The position numbers and the translations under genes were made by a program. From a virus, in UHGV virus genome UHGV-1326467: a stretch of DNA of 23,054 nucleotides, one strand, 5' to 3'. The notes under the pieces are model-generated. The model worked only from the letters and a program-made list of their open reading frames with translations, made no database searches and was not told the origin of the DNA. Shown piece by piece: positions 1 through 8,486 of this stretch. Position 1 is the stretch's first letter. Every line of letters begins with the position of its first letter.

Positions 1-320
1 CCGAAGCGGCGCAGAAAAAGCTGGATGAGACCACCCGCACGCTGTCGGCGCAGATTGCAGCGCTGCAAAAGCAGAACGCCCAGGATAAAAGCCAGCAGAA
101 TTCCGCGCTCGACGCGCTGAACAAAAAGAATGGCGAACTGACCGCCGCTGCCGAAGCGGCGCAGAAAAAGCTGGATGAGACCACCCGCACGCTGTCGGCG
201 CAGATCGCCGCGCTGCAAAAGCAGAACGCCCAGGGCGAAAGTCAGCAGAAATCCGCGCTCGACGCGCTGAGCAAAAAAAATGCTGAGCTGAGCGCCGCTG
301 CCGAAGCGGCGCAGAAAAAA
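1..320. repeat. 150-bp in-frame tandem repeat, 2 full copies (1-150, 151-300) plus a partial third, about 90 percent identical
   Basis: ccgaagcggcgcagaaaaagctggatgagaccacccgcacgctgtcggcgcag recurs at 1, 151 and 301; period 150 bp is a multiple of 3 and encodes a 50-aa unit (AAAEAAQKKLDETTRTLSAQIAALQKQNAQ...). Confidence 0.9.
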
Positions 321-983
321 TATACTGAGTCAGTTGCTGCTTTGAACAATCAAAATCAGAAATTACAGTCTGCCCTTGATAGCCAGGCCATAAAGGAAAG
401 TGAGTTAAAGCTTACTGATAAAAGCATTAAAAATGCCTACGCACTCGGCGTTTTCTATCTGACTCAGGCGCTATCGGATGTGAATAAAATGGCTGACAAT
501 GATGTGAAGCTGTCGCCTTCGGCGCTGGTTTCAGGCTTTAACGATGCTTACCATAAAAAGCTGAAAATCAAAGAAGGTGAAATAGAAACCATCGTTAACA
601 CCCTTAATGAGCAAATGTCATCTAAGTACGTTGATATTGAAAAAAGAATCATGGCCAAAATTAAAAATAAAAAATATGAGGTTTTGCCTAATGGTGTCTA
701 TTTCGTGATTGATAAACAAGGGAAGCAACCTTACAAGCAGAATGAGTCCTTATCCCTGAATATACTGGAGAAAAAGCTTGATGGTACCCCAATACTCAAT
801 ACGATGAATTCCAGGATGATATACGACAAACAAATCGATCCCCTGATGGCCAAAGTTTTATCTGCGGGCTTAAAAGGCGGCGCGGTCACGCTATATGGTC
901 AGGCTGGTTCGCTGTACAGCACGACGCCCGCTGACATAAATCCTGATACGTTAATCTCAATTACCTTTGAACTCATTCCCTGA
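3..983 (+). CDS. FkpA/Mip-like FKBP-type peptidyl-prolyl isomerase family protein with N-terminal coiled-coil repeats; 5' end outside window
   Basis: Frame is open from the window edge and continuous with the 342..983 ORF. FKBP_N-like segment NAYALGVFYLTQ and a degenerate FKBP-like C-terminal domain (KGGAVTLYGQAGS...TLISITFELIP) resemble FkpA from memory. Confidence 0.5.
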   Translation, partial: EAAQKKLDETTRTLSAQIAALQKQNAQDKSQQNSALDALNKKNGELTAAAEAAQKKLDETTRTLSAQIAALQKQNAQGESQQKSALDALSKKNAELSAAAEAAQKKYTESVAALNNQNQKLQSALDSQAIKESELKLTDKSIKNAYALGVFYLTQALSDVNKMADNDVKLSPSALVSGFNDAYHKKLKIKEGEIETIVNTLNEQMSSKYVDIEKRIMAKIKNKKYEVLPNGVYFVIDKQGKQPYKQNESLSLNILEKKLDGTPILNTMNSRMIYDKQIDPLMAKVLSAGLKGGAVTLYGQAGSLYSTTPADINPDTLISITFELIP

Positions 984-999
984 TCGTCGATAGCGGGCA

Positions 1000-1523
1000 C
1001 CGGCAGATTGGCGCATTCGCAGGGTGGCAGGCCGAATACGTAAGATTCATACCCGTAACCGATATAAGCCTGTAGCCTGAAAGCGCGCCGGTGAGGATCC
1101 CGGCGAAGACCCCCATCTTAAGCACCTGGCCGCCCAGCACCATGCTCTGGCCGGCTGCTTTCATCTGTTCCGGCGCCGCGAGCTGGCCCTGCAGCTGCAG
1201 TGTGATATTCATGGCGTTGATAAAGACGATAAACGTCACCAGGCAATGAGCGCCGCGTAGCCTTTATCGCGGGCGGCCAGGCCTACGGGGATCCCAATGG
1301 CGAAGATCAGCGCCAGGTTCACCAGTACCGATACCGCTGATTTAGCAATGAGCTGGCCGATATTCTGAATTAAAGGATGGCCGAGCAAGGGCAGATATTC
1401 CGCAAGGTTGCCGTCGCCCAACACGTTGCCAAAAGCGATAAACAGACCCACTATCGGCAAGATAAGTACCGGCCCACAGAGGGATTTTCCAAAGTTTTGT
1501 AGGGCGTTCACAGCTCGTTTCAT
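1000..1523 (-). pseudogene. PTS glucose-family EIIC gene fragment, frameshifted near 1239 and 3'-truncated
   Basis: N-terminus MKRAVNALQNFGKSLCGPVLILPIVGLFIAFG resembles PtsG-type EIIC; the homologous reading continues in a second frame (973..1239 ORF) and ends after about 170 codons, whereas intact EIIC(B) proteins are about 450-500 aa. ATG at 1523 has an upstream GAGAG Shine-Dalgarno. Confidence 0.6.
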
Positions 1524-1741
1524 GGTTATCTCTCTTATAGAACTGCGCACAGGGTGCGTCACAGGCATAAAACTAGCGGGATGAAGGGGCGGTAAGCTAT
1601 TTATCTTATTGTTTTAAAAGCAAATTACGCGGAAAGTAGCATGTGACCTTCCGCGGTGTGAACGAGGTAACAGCAGATTAATCAGAGAAATTTTTGTCGG
1701 GATAGAGGTATGTGAGTATGACAAGCTGAAAGTAGGGGGAA

Positions 1742-2218
1742 TTAATGAGCAGATTGTATGTTTAAAACAAAAATCTGCTCATCATCCTCCGTGCAGGAAC
1801 AGGAAAATCCGAGTTTGTTCAGTAAATTTATTGAGGGAAGATTATTTGCCACAACGCCGGCTTTTACGGCTAAAAAACCTTGCTGCTTACACCAGTCAAT
1901 GACCGCCATCGCAGTTTCAAGGGCGTAACCCTGACCTGCATACCGTGGGCTAACGGTGTAGCCAAGCCAGATGGTCTCGTTTTCTTGTTTTAAGTAGAGA
2001 TCGCCAATCAAAGTCCCGGTCGCGGTATCGATCGCCGCGAGCTGCATGCCCTGCGTAAGAGAAGCGTTTCCCAGCAACGCCTCGGCATAAGCTTCCTTTG
2101 TCAGGCCCTTAAACCCCTGGTACTGCATCCATTCGGCATCGTTGCGATATGCCATAAAAGGCTCGATATCATCGGCGTTAAACGGTCGTATCACGCAGCG
2201 TTTTGAGTAAATATTCAA
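1742..2218 (-). CDS. GNAT family N-acetyltransferase
   Basis: Protein ...RPFNADDIEPFMAYRNDAEWMQYQGF...TLIGDLYL...GYTVSPRYAGQGYALE... has typical GNAT (RimJ/RimL-like) motifs. The track ORF start at 2308 is probably too far upstream; TTG at 2218 with an AGGA 6 nt upstream is proposed but uncertain. Confidence 0.65.
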   Translation of the reverse strand: MNIYSKRCVIRPFNADDIEPFMAYRNDAEWMQYQGFKGLTKEAYAEALLGNASLTQGMQLAAIDTATGTLIGDLYLKQENETIWLGYTVSPRYAGQGYALETAMAVIDWCKQQGFLAVKAGVVANNLPSINLLNKLGFSCSCTEDDEQIFVLNIQSAH

Positions 2219-2844
2219 AATTGATCCTGTGAAAATGGGGCGTGTAACGTCTTTTTCGCCATCCTGCGACGTCAAGCCCGTGCAATGCCGATGAGTGCCA
2301 GAGAGCATAATCGAATCTCAACTCATGATTGTCTTTTATTTGCGTCAATAAATGCAATGTGAAGCCGTCCCTTTTCATCTGGAAACGGAAGGTAGACGAA
2401 TACAGGATTGAGAAGCAGGCCGCCACCAGGCTACTCATCAGGGGCGTATCAATGTGGTCTCCGGTCCGGAGCATGCTGAACCGCTGCAGTAACGAGTGTC
2501 GCGGCCACTTGTGGTGCGGAAACAGGCAGGATGAACAGCGGGGAAGCATGCAACCAGCGTTACTGTTAAGGATTTCGAAATAAAAGAGCGAATGTGGCGA
2601 ACGGCCAGAGCGTAAACCCGCTGGATTTGATGATTAGCACAAGGCCATCCTCATCAGGAAAACGTAGTGCGCTTTAATGAGAATGTCTGATTTTATCTCA
2701 TTGAATAAAAAGTGTTTTTTCTGGCGCACAGGCTTAGTTTTAGGTTCCACAAAAACACTAAAGCTTTATGAGGTGCCTGACAAGGTGCCTAAAAGGTTCA
2801 GATTTAATTAGTTGGCATCTGACTTCGCGGGACAAATTGAGGGC

Positions 2845-2880
2845 ACAAAAAAGCCCGCAGGGCTTGCGCCGTGCGGGCTC
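2845..2880 (-). terminator. rho-independent terminator of the native ssrA trailer
   Basis: Perfect 8-bp inverted repeat agcccgca / tgcgggct (2852-2859, 2872-2879) with a 12-nt loop, followed on the minus strand by TTTTT; lies about 45 nt downstream of the tmRNA CCA end. Confidence 0.5.
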
Positions 2881-2925
2881 TTAGGACTTCATCGGATGAC
2901 TCTGGTAATCACCGATGGAGAATTT

Positions 2926-2961
2926 TGGTGGAGCTGGCGGGAGTTGAACCCGCGCCCGAAA
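2926..2961 (-). other. ssrA: int-proximal prophage attachment site (attL in lambda convention): 36-nt copy of the ssrA (tmRNA) 3' end
   Basis: Minus strand reads tttcgggcgcgggttcaactcccgccagctccacca, matching the enterobacterial tmRNA 3' end (T-arm, acceptor, CCA) as recalled; similarity breaks upstream where the integrase gene begins, so no complete ssrA is present here. Confidence 0.6.
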
Positions 2962-3018
2962 CTTTATAACCTCATGATAAACAGTGATAAAAAAATGTAG
3001 CGTTTTGCTGCGGATCCT

Positions 3019-4209
3019 TTACGGCTCCTTTGAGGTTCCACCGCTGACCAGCTTGGGTCGTTTTTCAGTGTTGCCGTCATACTCCTTCAGATAGCGTCCA
3101 TAATGCCTGAACAACATTTCAGGCCCTTTGTGTCCCATCTGCGATGCGAGCCAGAACAGGTTAGCGCCTTGACTAATATGCCTGGTCGCGAACGTATGCC
3201 TGGTCTGGTATGGATTGCGGTACCTGATCCCGGCTTTGCGTAAAGTTGGCACCCAGGCTTTCTTTCTTATCGCATCGGCACCCGCCCATGGTTTTTCTGT
3301 CTTGGGATCCTCAAAGATCGTTGCATCTTTCATAAAGGTGAAAGGCTTCTGAGAAATCAGGGCATACAAGGCTTCTTCGGTTAACTCAACTTTACGTGTT
3401 CCAGCTTTAGTTTTCGTGCCCTTAATTACTCCCACTACGCTGGCATTTTGCACATGCGCTGTTTTGCCGATAAAGTCGATATCGCGCCAACGGAGGGCGC
3501 AGAGTTCAGAACTACGTAGCCCGGTTTCAATTGCAAAGCGGAATATGTTTTCCCACTGCTTGTTACCTGCGGCATGCAAAAGCGCTTCAACCTCGGCCGG
3601 TGAAAGCGGATCAACAATATAATCACTTTCATCCTCGGTTTTACTGCTCTGGTAGCGCGAGGCTGTCACCAGTGAAACTGGGTTAATCTGTAATACACCA
3701 TCAGTCACAGCTTCATCCAGTGCTGAGCGTAGGAATGAAAGTTGGTTCCTAATCGTTTTTAATGTCGTTTTCTGACTCTGGATCCATGTTTTTAAAGCAG
3801 CAGGTGTTAATTCACTGGCAGGAAAAACGTGAAGTGATGCCAAAGCATTTAAACATTTCTTATATCCGCCGATTGTTGAAGGAGATAATTTTCTCGTTTC
3901 ACAAATTACAAGATATTCATCGAGATAATTTTTTACCGTTTTTCCTGTTGAAGCATTACCAAATATTTTAAGTCGTGCCGAACGGGGAAAGTGTTCACCA
4001 TAATTGAATGTACCCCGCTCAATTTTATTGTGAATTTCGCCGAGTGTTCGCTCGGCGTATTTTATGTTTTTGCTATTAACTTCAAGGTTTGATAAAGGTT
4101 CCCGGCATTTCACCCCCTTATAGGTAAAGGTAATATTGATAGTTTCCCCAGTACTATGTTTCCTGATCGTTACGCCGCGCGGGAGTTTAGGCGATTTTGT
4201 CGAGCCCAT
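3019..4209 (-). CDS. int: phage integrase, tyrosine recombinase
   Basis: 396 aa; C-terminal catalytic motifs ...TRHTFATRHI... and ...LFRHYGRY (R, H-x-x-R, Y), N-terminal arm-binding region; sits next to the att site and overlaps xis. Confidence 0.9.
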   Translation of the reverse strand: MGSTKSPKLPRGVTIRKHSTGETINITFTYKGVKCREPLSNLEVNSKNIKYAERTLGEIHNKIERGTFNYGEHFPRSARLKIFGNASTGKTVKNYLDEYLVICETRKLSPSTIGGYKKCLNALASLHVFPASELTPAALKTWIQSQKTTLKTIRNQLSFLRSALDEAVTDGVLQINPVSLVTASRYQSSKTEDESDYIVDPLSPAEVEALLHAAGNKQWENIFRFAIETGLRSSELCALRWRDIDFIGKTAHVQNASVVGVIKGTKTKAGTRKVELTEEALYALISQKPFTFMKDATIFEDPKTEKPWAGADAIRKKAWVPTLRKAGIRYRNPYQTRHTFATRHISQGANLFWLASQMGHKGPEMLFRHYGRYLKEYDGNTEKRPKLVSGGTSKEP

Positions 4210-4388
4210 TTTGCAACCTCACTAAGATCTATCCATCTTTCCTTAACGCCTTCGACCTTTAGCACCTGTACTCCTTCACGCCATACGCCACGCTGGATGC
4301 GCTTATTTATGGCATCAGGGGTTTCGCCTGTCTCTTTGCAATAAGTTGAGATGGGAACACAATCGAGGCTCAGCATAGATTTCTCCAT
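4170..4388 (-). CDS. xis: excisionase-like protein
   Basis: 72-aa basic protein directly upstream of and overlapping int by 40 nt; the assignment rests mainly on size and position. Confidence 0.55.
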   Translation of the reverse strand: MEKSMLSLDCVPISTYCKETGETPDAINKRIQRGVWREGVQVLKVEGVKERWIDLSEVAKWARQNRLNSRAA

Positions 4389-4415
4389 TACCCCGGCTGC
4401 ACCCGGGGAAAATTA

Positions 4416-5294
4416 TTAATTAACTGCGCTTTTTGGCGCTGGTGGTGCGATCGCGCTCATAGCGGCGTGGACAACACAAGCAATATGCTCACGCAATTGT
4501 TGTGTACTGTGATATTCAATAGCTATATCACGCAGTTTATTGATTAGTTCACGGATTTGATGCTCTTTCAGCACTACTGGTAATGGCTGATAGGTGGTTA
4601 CATTAGCGAAAGCTGCTCTCAATCCGATCTTAATATCCTCCACATCGTCATCACCCAGGGGACCATCGGTTAGCGCATGATGGAATGCGTAAGCCATAGC
4701 ATCTGTTACTGGCCCTACCGCCGATGGTTGATCTTTAATGTGCAACCGCGGCTCACCGTCTTTCGGCTCAGGCCATTCGCGCTGTTTGTTCACCGCCAGT
4801 TTTTCGATCATCGCCTGGGTAATCTGCTCGTCTGTAATACCAGCCCGGCGCTGGGCATCCCACAGCAGGAATTGCATATCAGCCCACTCCGACAGGTCAT
4901 CTGGTTCCGCTGCGGCCTCCATAGCCTCTTTTGCCAGGTGCTTCAGTGGGCCAACCGGGCCGACATTACCGAACGTAGCCTGTGACCACTCGGCGTGCTC
5001 ACGGCGTACCTGCTCGCGGTCCGGCGCTGGCTGCGCGTGGCGATAGAGCGGGATATCCCCCGCCTCCTGGTTTTGTTTACCCCAAATCAGAGATGTTTCT
5101 CGGCCCATAGCAATATGATGAAGGTTTCGTTCATCTGTGAACACAACCGGCTCACCGTCCATTGCGTCCAGCGCCATGCGGGCCAGCTCTTCCGCTTCTT
5201 CTGCTGGCAGCATTACGTTGATTTCAGCTCCATAGGTTTCACGCCATGATTTAATTTTTTCCAGACGTTCTCTGTTTAACTGGTTATTGGTCAT
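4416..5294 (-). CDS. DUF550 (MazG-like dATP/dGTP pyrophosphohydrolase) domain protein with C-terminal extension
   Basis: Central segment ...HAEWSQATFGNVGPVGPLKHLAKEAMEAAAEPDDLSEWADMQFLLWDAQRRAGITDEQI... resembles phage DUF550 proteins. ATG at 5294 with AAGGAG 7 nt upstream is preferred over the track start at 5354. Confidence 0.55.
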   Translation of the reverse strand: MTNNQLNRERLEKIKSWRETYGAEINVMLPAEEAEELARMALDAMDGEPVVFTDERNLHHIAMGRETSLIWGKQNQEAGDIPLYRHAQPAPDREQVRREHAEWSQATFGNVGPVGPLKHLAKEAMEAAAEPDDLSEWADMQFLLWDAQRRAGITDEQITQAMIEKLAVNKQREWPEPKDGEPRLHIKDQPSAVGPVTDAMAYAFHHALTDGPLGDDDVEDIKIGLRAAFANVTTYQPLPVVLKEHQIRELINKLRDIAIEYHSTQQLREHIACVVHAAMSAIAPPAPKSAVN

Positions 5295-5305
5295 TGGTTG
5301 GCTCC

Positions 5306-6064
5306 TTACACTGCCAGTTGCAACTGCATGTCGAACCGGTCGCGCTGCTCGCAATATGTAAGCGAACCGGGGCTATTATGTGATTCAATGCGCTCTACCA
5401 TTAGGGCGGCGCGAGTCTCTTTCGATGCTGGCGCATAGGCACCAGACCAGGCTTTATCTATCCCGATATTGCGGGCCACATTTGTGGAATCGGCGCTCGC
5501 CAGCGGAAGCTTTGTGAAAATCAACGGGTTCAGCATGCGTAACCCATGAAGTTTCGTAATCGGCTGCCCGTACTCATCTACAACGTGACGAATCAGGTCT
5601 TTCATTCTGGCGACTGCGAGGTTTGGTCGCTTAACGTCGTAATCGCCACAACTTCCTATCGCCACCCGAGGCCACTCGTTGCACAACCTGATAAACCGCT
5701 CATCGCTTTCGTTCATGTGCCATACCGGAACGCCGATGAATTTCCCATGCGGCCAAGCAAGCAGTAACTCGTCATTTTCCCGCTCTCCTCCGTCGATAAC
5801 GTCAGGTATAATGGCGAAATCAAATCCGGGGTGATTCATCCAACGAGCCACAAACTCGTCGTAATCGCTCCAGTCGATTTTGTTTTTCCCAGCCTCCTTC
5901 CAGGCGGTAAATGCGCCATTGTCGAGAGCGAAGGACTGGCAATATTCAGATGCCAAGTTAATTTGCCCGGAATGCGCGAAACTGATGAAGGCATGGCGTC
6001 CTTTCCAGGCTTTCAGAGCGCACGTATCCGGTGTTATAGGCCCACCGTGATAGTGAATCATCAT
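5306..6064 (-). CDS. TGT-fold protein lacking the Zn subdomain; candidate DpdA-like DNA 7-deazaguanine transglycosylase
   Basis: 252 aa; motifs FALDNGAF (compare TGT LTDSGGFQ), AIIPDV, KLHGLRMLNP (compare YLMGVG) and DSTNVARNIG (compare DCVMPTRNARNG). No CxCxxC...H zinc motif. Start overlaps the stop of the upstream gene. Confidence 0.45.
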   Translation of the reverse strand: MMIHYHGGPITPDTCALKAWKGRHAFISFAHSGQINLASEYCQSFALDNGAFTAWKEAGKNKIDWSDYDEFVARWMNHPGFDFAIIPDVIDGGERENDELLLAWPHGKFIGVPVWHMNESDERFIRLCNEWPRVAIGSCGDYDVKRPNLAVARMKDLIRHVVDEYGQPITKLHGLRMLNPLIFTKLPLASADSTNVARNIGIDKAWSGAYAPASKETRAALMVERIESHNSPGSLTYCEQRDRFDMQLQLAV

Positions 6065-6711
6065 CCCTCCACCTTAATGCCGGAGTTATGGATTTCATGA
6101 ATCGCATTGTCATTGCCAGCGCACCAACCTTCGGCATAATCCCGGCTGAATCCGCTCATATGCATGACTTCGCCAACGGAACGCTTCGGCAGCTTCACGG
6201 AGCGGGACTCCAGCTCGGCGATGCGCTGGCGAAGAGCCGCAATCTCAATTTCTGCAGCATCGGCATAATGAACGTTTTCATGCTCCAGCGGCGGAAGGTC
6301 TGGAGTATTCACGCCAAACAGCGCCGCCAGTGCGCGATAGTTCAGCTCGCTGTGATAGCGGCCTTTGCAGCGAACCAGTTTTTCGGCTGCTGCACGGATA
6401 GGTTCAATATCGTCGATATGCGCTTTGAGCTTATCAGCGCGGAACCGCTCGTTATCAAAGCTGGTACGCCAGCTGTCACTCTCCTGCTGCACCTTCTCCA
6501 GCGCCTCTACCAGCGCGAGGATGTTTACCGGGTTGGCTTCTTTGTTGAATTCATTCAGATCAGTGATATCGATATCAATCTGTTCACCTTCGTGCTGAGA
6601 AATATCGATAATCTCGCCATATGGGTATGCTGCGAGTCGTTCATGTGCCCCAATGGCATTCTCTGCTGCCGCTTTCAGGCTCTGCGCCAGTTTGGTGATA
6701 TCAGTTGTCAT
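6061..6711 (-). CDS. Ead/Ea22-like phage early-region protein
   Basis: 216-aa acidic protein with coiled-coil segments (NILALVEALEKVQQESDSWR...); ATGA stop/start overlap with both neighbours. Family assignment is from memory and approximate. Confidence 0.45.
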   Translation of the reverse strand: MTTDITKLAQSLKAAAENAIGAHERLAAYPYGEIIDISQHEGEQIDIDITDLNEFNKEANPVNILALVEALEKVQQESDSWRTSFDNERFRADKLKAHIDDIEPIRAAAEKLVRCKGRYHSELNYRALAALFGVNTPDLPPLEHENVHYADAAEIEIAALRQRIAELESRSVKLPKRSVGEVMHMSGFSRDYAEGWCAGNDNAIHEIHNSGIKVEG

Positions 6712-7436
6712 GCTGCACGCTCCTGTTTAATCCCCATGCGCTGGCATGCGGTGCGGTAAATGGCAGCATCCTTCTCGATGCCAATGAAGTTACGCCCGGT
6801 CTGTTGGCAGGCGACGCCGGCGGTACCGCTACCCATAGTGAAGTCCAGCACCGTATCGCCTGGGTTGCTGTAGGTTTCAATCAGGTATTGCACCAGCCCC
6901 AGCGGCTTCTGTGTTGAATGAAGAGATTGCTTTTGCTTATCACTAGAGAATTTCTGCACGTCTCGCGGATAGCGGCTTGTTGAATCGTAAGTGACTTTTT
7001 TCAACGCCTCGCCATAGACATCAGTATTCGGCGTGCCTCTTGTTGCAGTTTTTCTGGCGTGCCCATGTGTCATCTGTGGGTTATAGGTCGGCTGACGGCG
7101 ATAAAACACCTCGATGTTTTCATGTGCACGAAGAGGTTGTTTTTTCGCATTCAGGAAACCCGTAGCATGTGGCTTCTCCCAAATCCACTCCGACCTCCAG
7201 TCCCGTAGATTGCTGTTGACCAGCACACTGGTGAAAGGCTGGGCAGAGAACAGCACAATAGCGGCGTTGGGCTTAGCGATACGGTATAGCTGGTCCCACA
7301 TCACCTGCAGATCGAGAACAGAATCCCAGCGGCACTGAGTGGTGCCGTAGGGAATATCGGCACATACCAGGTCAACGGTACCGCTGGCGATTTGCGGGAA
7401 GACGTCGAAGCAATCGGCGTTGTGAAGGCGGATCAT
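6708..7436 (-). CDS. DNA methyltransferase, N6_N4 (beta-class) family
   Basis: Motif IV-like DIPYG (ADIPYGTT) precedes HSTQKP...VLDFTMGSGTAGVACQQTGRNFIGIE (AdoMet-binding motif I), the beta-class order. Confidence 0.85.
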   Translation of the reverse strand: MIRLHNADCFDVFPQIASGTVDLVCADIPYGTTQCRWDSVLDLQVMWDQLYRIAKPNAAIVLFSAQPFTSVLVNSNLRDWRSEWIWEKPHATGFLNAKKQPLRAHENIEVFYRRQPTYNPQMTHGHARKTATRGTPNTDVYGEALKKVTYDSTSRYPRDVQKFSSDKQKQSLHSTQKPLGLVQYLIETYSNPGDTVLDFTMGSGTAGVACQQTGRNFIGIEKDAAIYRTACQRMGIKQERAA

Positions 7437-7558
7437 TTGGCCCCCTCTCGCAACTGCTTAAACGCTTTCGCCAGCGCCATAACCTTTGTCTCTTTGATCG
7501 ACGGCTCGCCCGCCGACTCCAGCGACTGAATGAGCTCGTTTACTGTTGAGATGTTCAT
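7433..7558 (-). CDS. small hypothetical protein (41 aa from the MNIS start)
   Basis: ATG at 7558 overlaps the upstream TGA and the stop overlaps the methyltransferase ATG, so it fits the translationally coupled chain; the track's GTG start at 7618 would overlap the upstream peptide out of frame. Confidence 0.35.
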   Translation of the reverse strand: MNISTVNELIQSLESAGEPSIKETKVMALAKAFKQLREGAK

Positions 7559-7689
7559 GCTGTCACCCATTCGATCATCATGCATATGCCCCAGGTCACA
7601 GCGACTACTGCAACCCACCCGACAACACTGGCCAGTGCAGCAAACCAGAGAAGGGCGCGCCGGCTGTAATTTTCAGGTTCAAAGTTCAT
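7555..7689 (-). CDS. small hydrophobic peptide (44 aa), predicted single transmembrane helix
   Basis: MNFEPENYSRRALLWFAALASVVGWVAVVAVTWGICMMIEWVTA; ATG overlaps the ParB-like stop (ATGA) and the TGA overlaps the next ATG. Below the 60-aa ORF track cutoff. Confidence 0.4.
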   Translation of the reverse strand: MNFEPENYSRRALLWFAALASVVGWVAVVAVTWGICMMIEWVTA

Positions 7690-8486
7690 AGCGCCTCCCC
7701 AAGCACCCAGCGCAGAGCCTCAGCATATTCGCCGCTGGCATCTTCGAGGGCTTTTGTAATTTCCTTGCGTGATCTGATACGCGGCTTTGCTTCACCGAGA
7801 ATCTTGCGCTGCCGACGGGCTTTTTCGTGGCCTTTGGTACCAGCTGTGGCCAGCTCGATTTCTGCCACTTTTGCCCGCTGTTCTTCTGGTGGGAGCGCAC
7901 CAAGCTGACGCGCCTGGGTAACGGTAACTGTGCCAGACTCCACCGCTTCCCGGACTGCTTGGGTAGCCTCGAGGAGGGAGAGCGTTGCACGAACGGTTTG
8001 AACGCTGCAGCCAAATAACACCGCAATATCGTCCTCATCGAGACCGCGGTCGAGCGCGTCTGACATTTTTTTAGCCCGGCCGAGCGGTGTATCAGGTCGG
8101 CGAATTTCATTTTCGCTGACCATGTATTTAGCCATCTGATTTGCTGAGCCGCGCTTAACGACCCCAGGAACAAGCAGTGGGTCTTTGCCTTCTTTCAGAA
8201 GGAGTTTATTTGCCTCCAGGGTATGTTTAACGCGCTGACGGCCTACAACCACGCAGGTGAGCCCTGTTTCAGGGTCTTTCCAGACGATAATCGGCTCCAG
8301 TACACCCAGCTCCTTGATGTTCAGAACCATCCCTTCGTCGATCGGCAGGTGGACCCGCTCATCGTAGAGAGGGTGGGTCTGATCGGTGACTAAATGCAGC
8401 TTTTCCGGTTCGAACGACAGGGCGTTGGTTTTGCCGCTGGCGCCGTACACGTCGATCGAGTTTTTAGCCATTGTTTTTAACCCCAT
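7686..8486 (-). CDS. ParB-like nuclease / partition domain protein with HTH
   Basis: N-terminal ParB/Srx-like segment (LGVLEPIIVWKDPETGLTCVVVGRQRVKH) followed by an HTH (VQTVRATLSLLEATQAVREAVESG). Confidence 0.7.
   Translation of the reverse strand: MGLKTMAKNSIDVYGASGKTNALSFEPEKLHLVTDQTHPLYDERVHLPIDEGMVLNIKELGVLEPIIVWKDPETGLTCVVVGRQRVKHTLEANKLLLKEGKDPLLVPGVVKRGSANQMAKYMVSENEIRRPDTPLGRAKKMSDALDRGLDEDDIAVLFGCSVQTVRATLSLLEATQAVREAVESGTVTVTQARQLGALPPEEQRAKVAEIELATAGTKGHEKARRQRKILGEAKPRIRSRKEITKALEDASGEYAEALRWVLGEAL

Noticed and set aside
2178-2583. ORFs 2178..2549 (-) and 2329..2583 (+)
   Set aside because: They overlap the GNAT gene and its upstream region in other frames, lack Shine-Dalgarno sequences and have non-protein-like translations; most likely spurious.
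2926-3300. A complete ssrA (tmRNA) gene on the minus strand
   Set aside because: Only the last 36 nt match tmRNA; further upstream the sequence encodes the integrase C-terminus, so this is an att-site duplicate rather than the functional gene.
4391-4408. Inverted repeat ccccgg ctgcac ccgggg between the DUF550 gene and xis as a terminator
   Set aside because: No U-run follows on either strand and it overlaps the xis ribosome-binding region; at most a translational or processing element.
4677-5249. Three plus-strand ORFs antisense to the DUF550 gene
   Set aside because: Fully nested antisense to a well-supported gene, with Cys/Arg/Ser-rich translations typical of out-of-frame reading.
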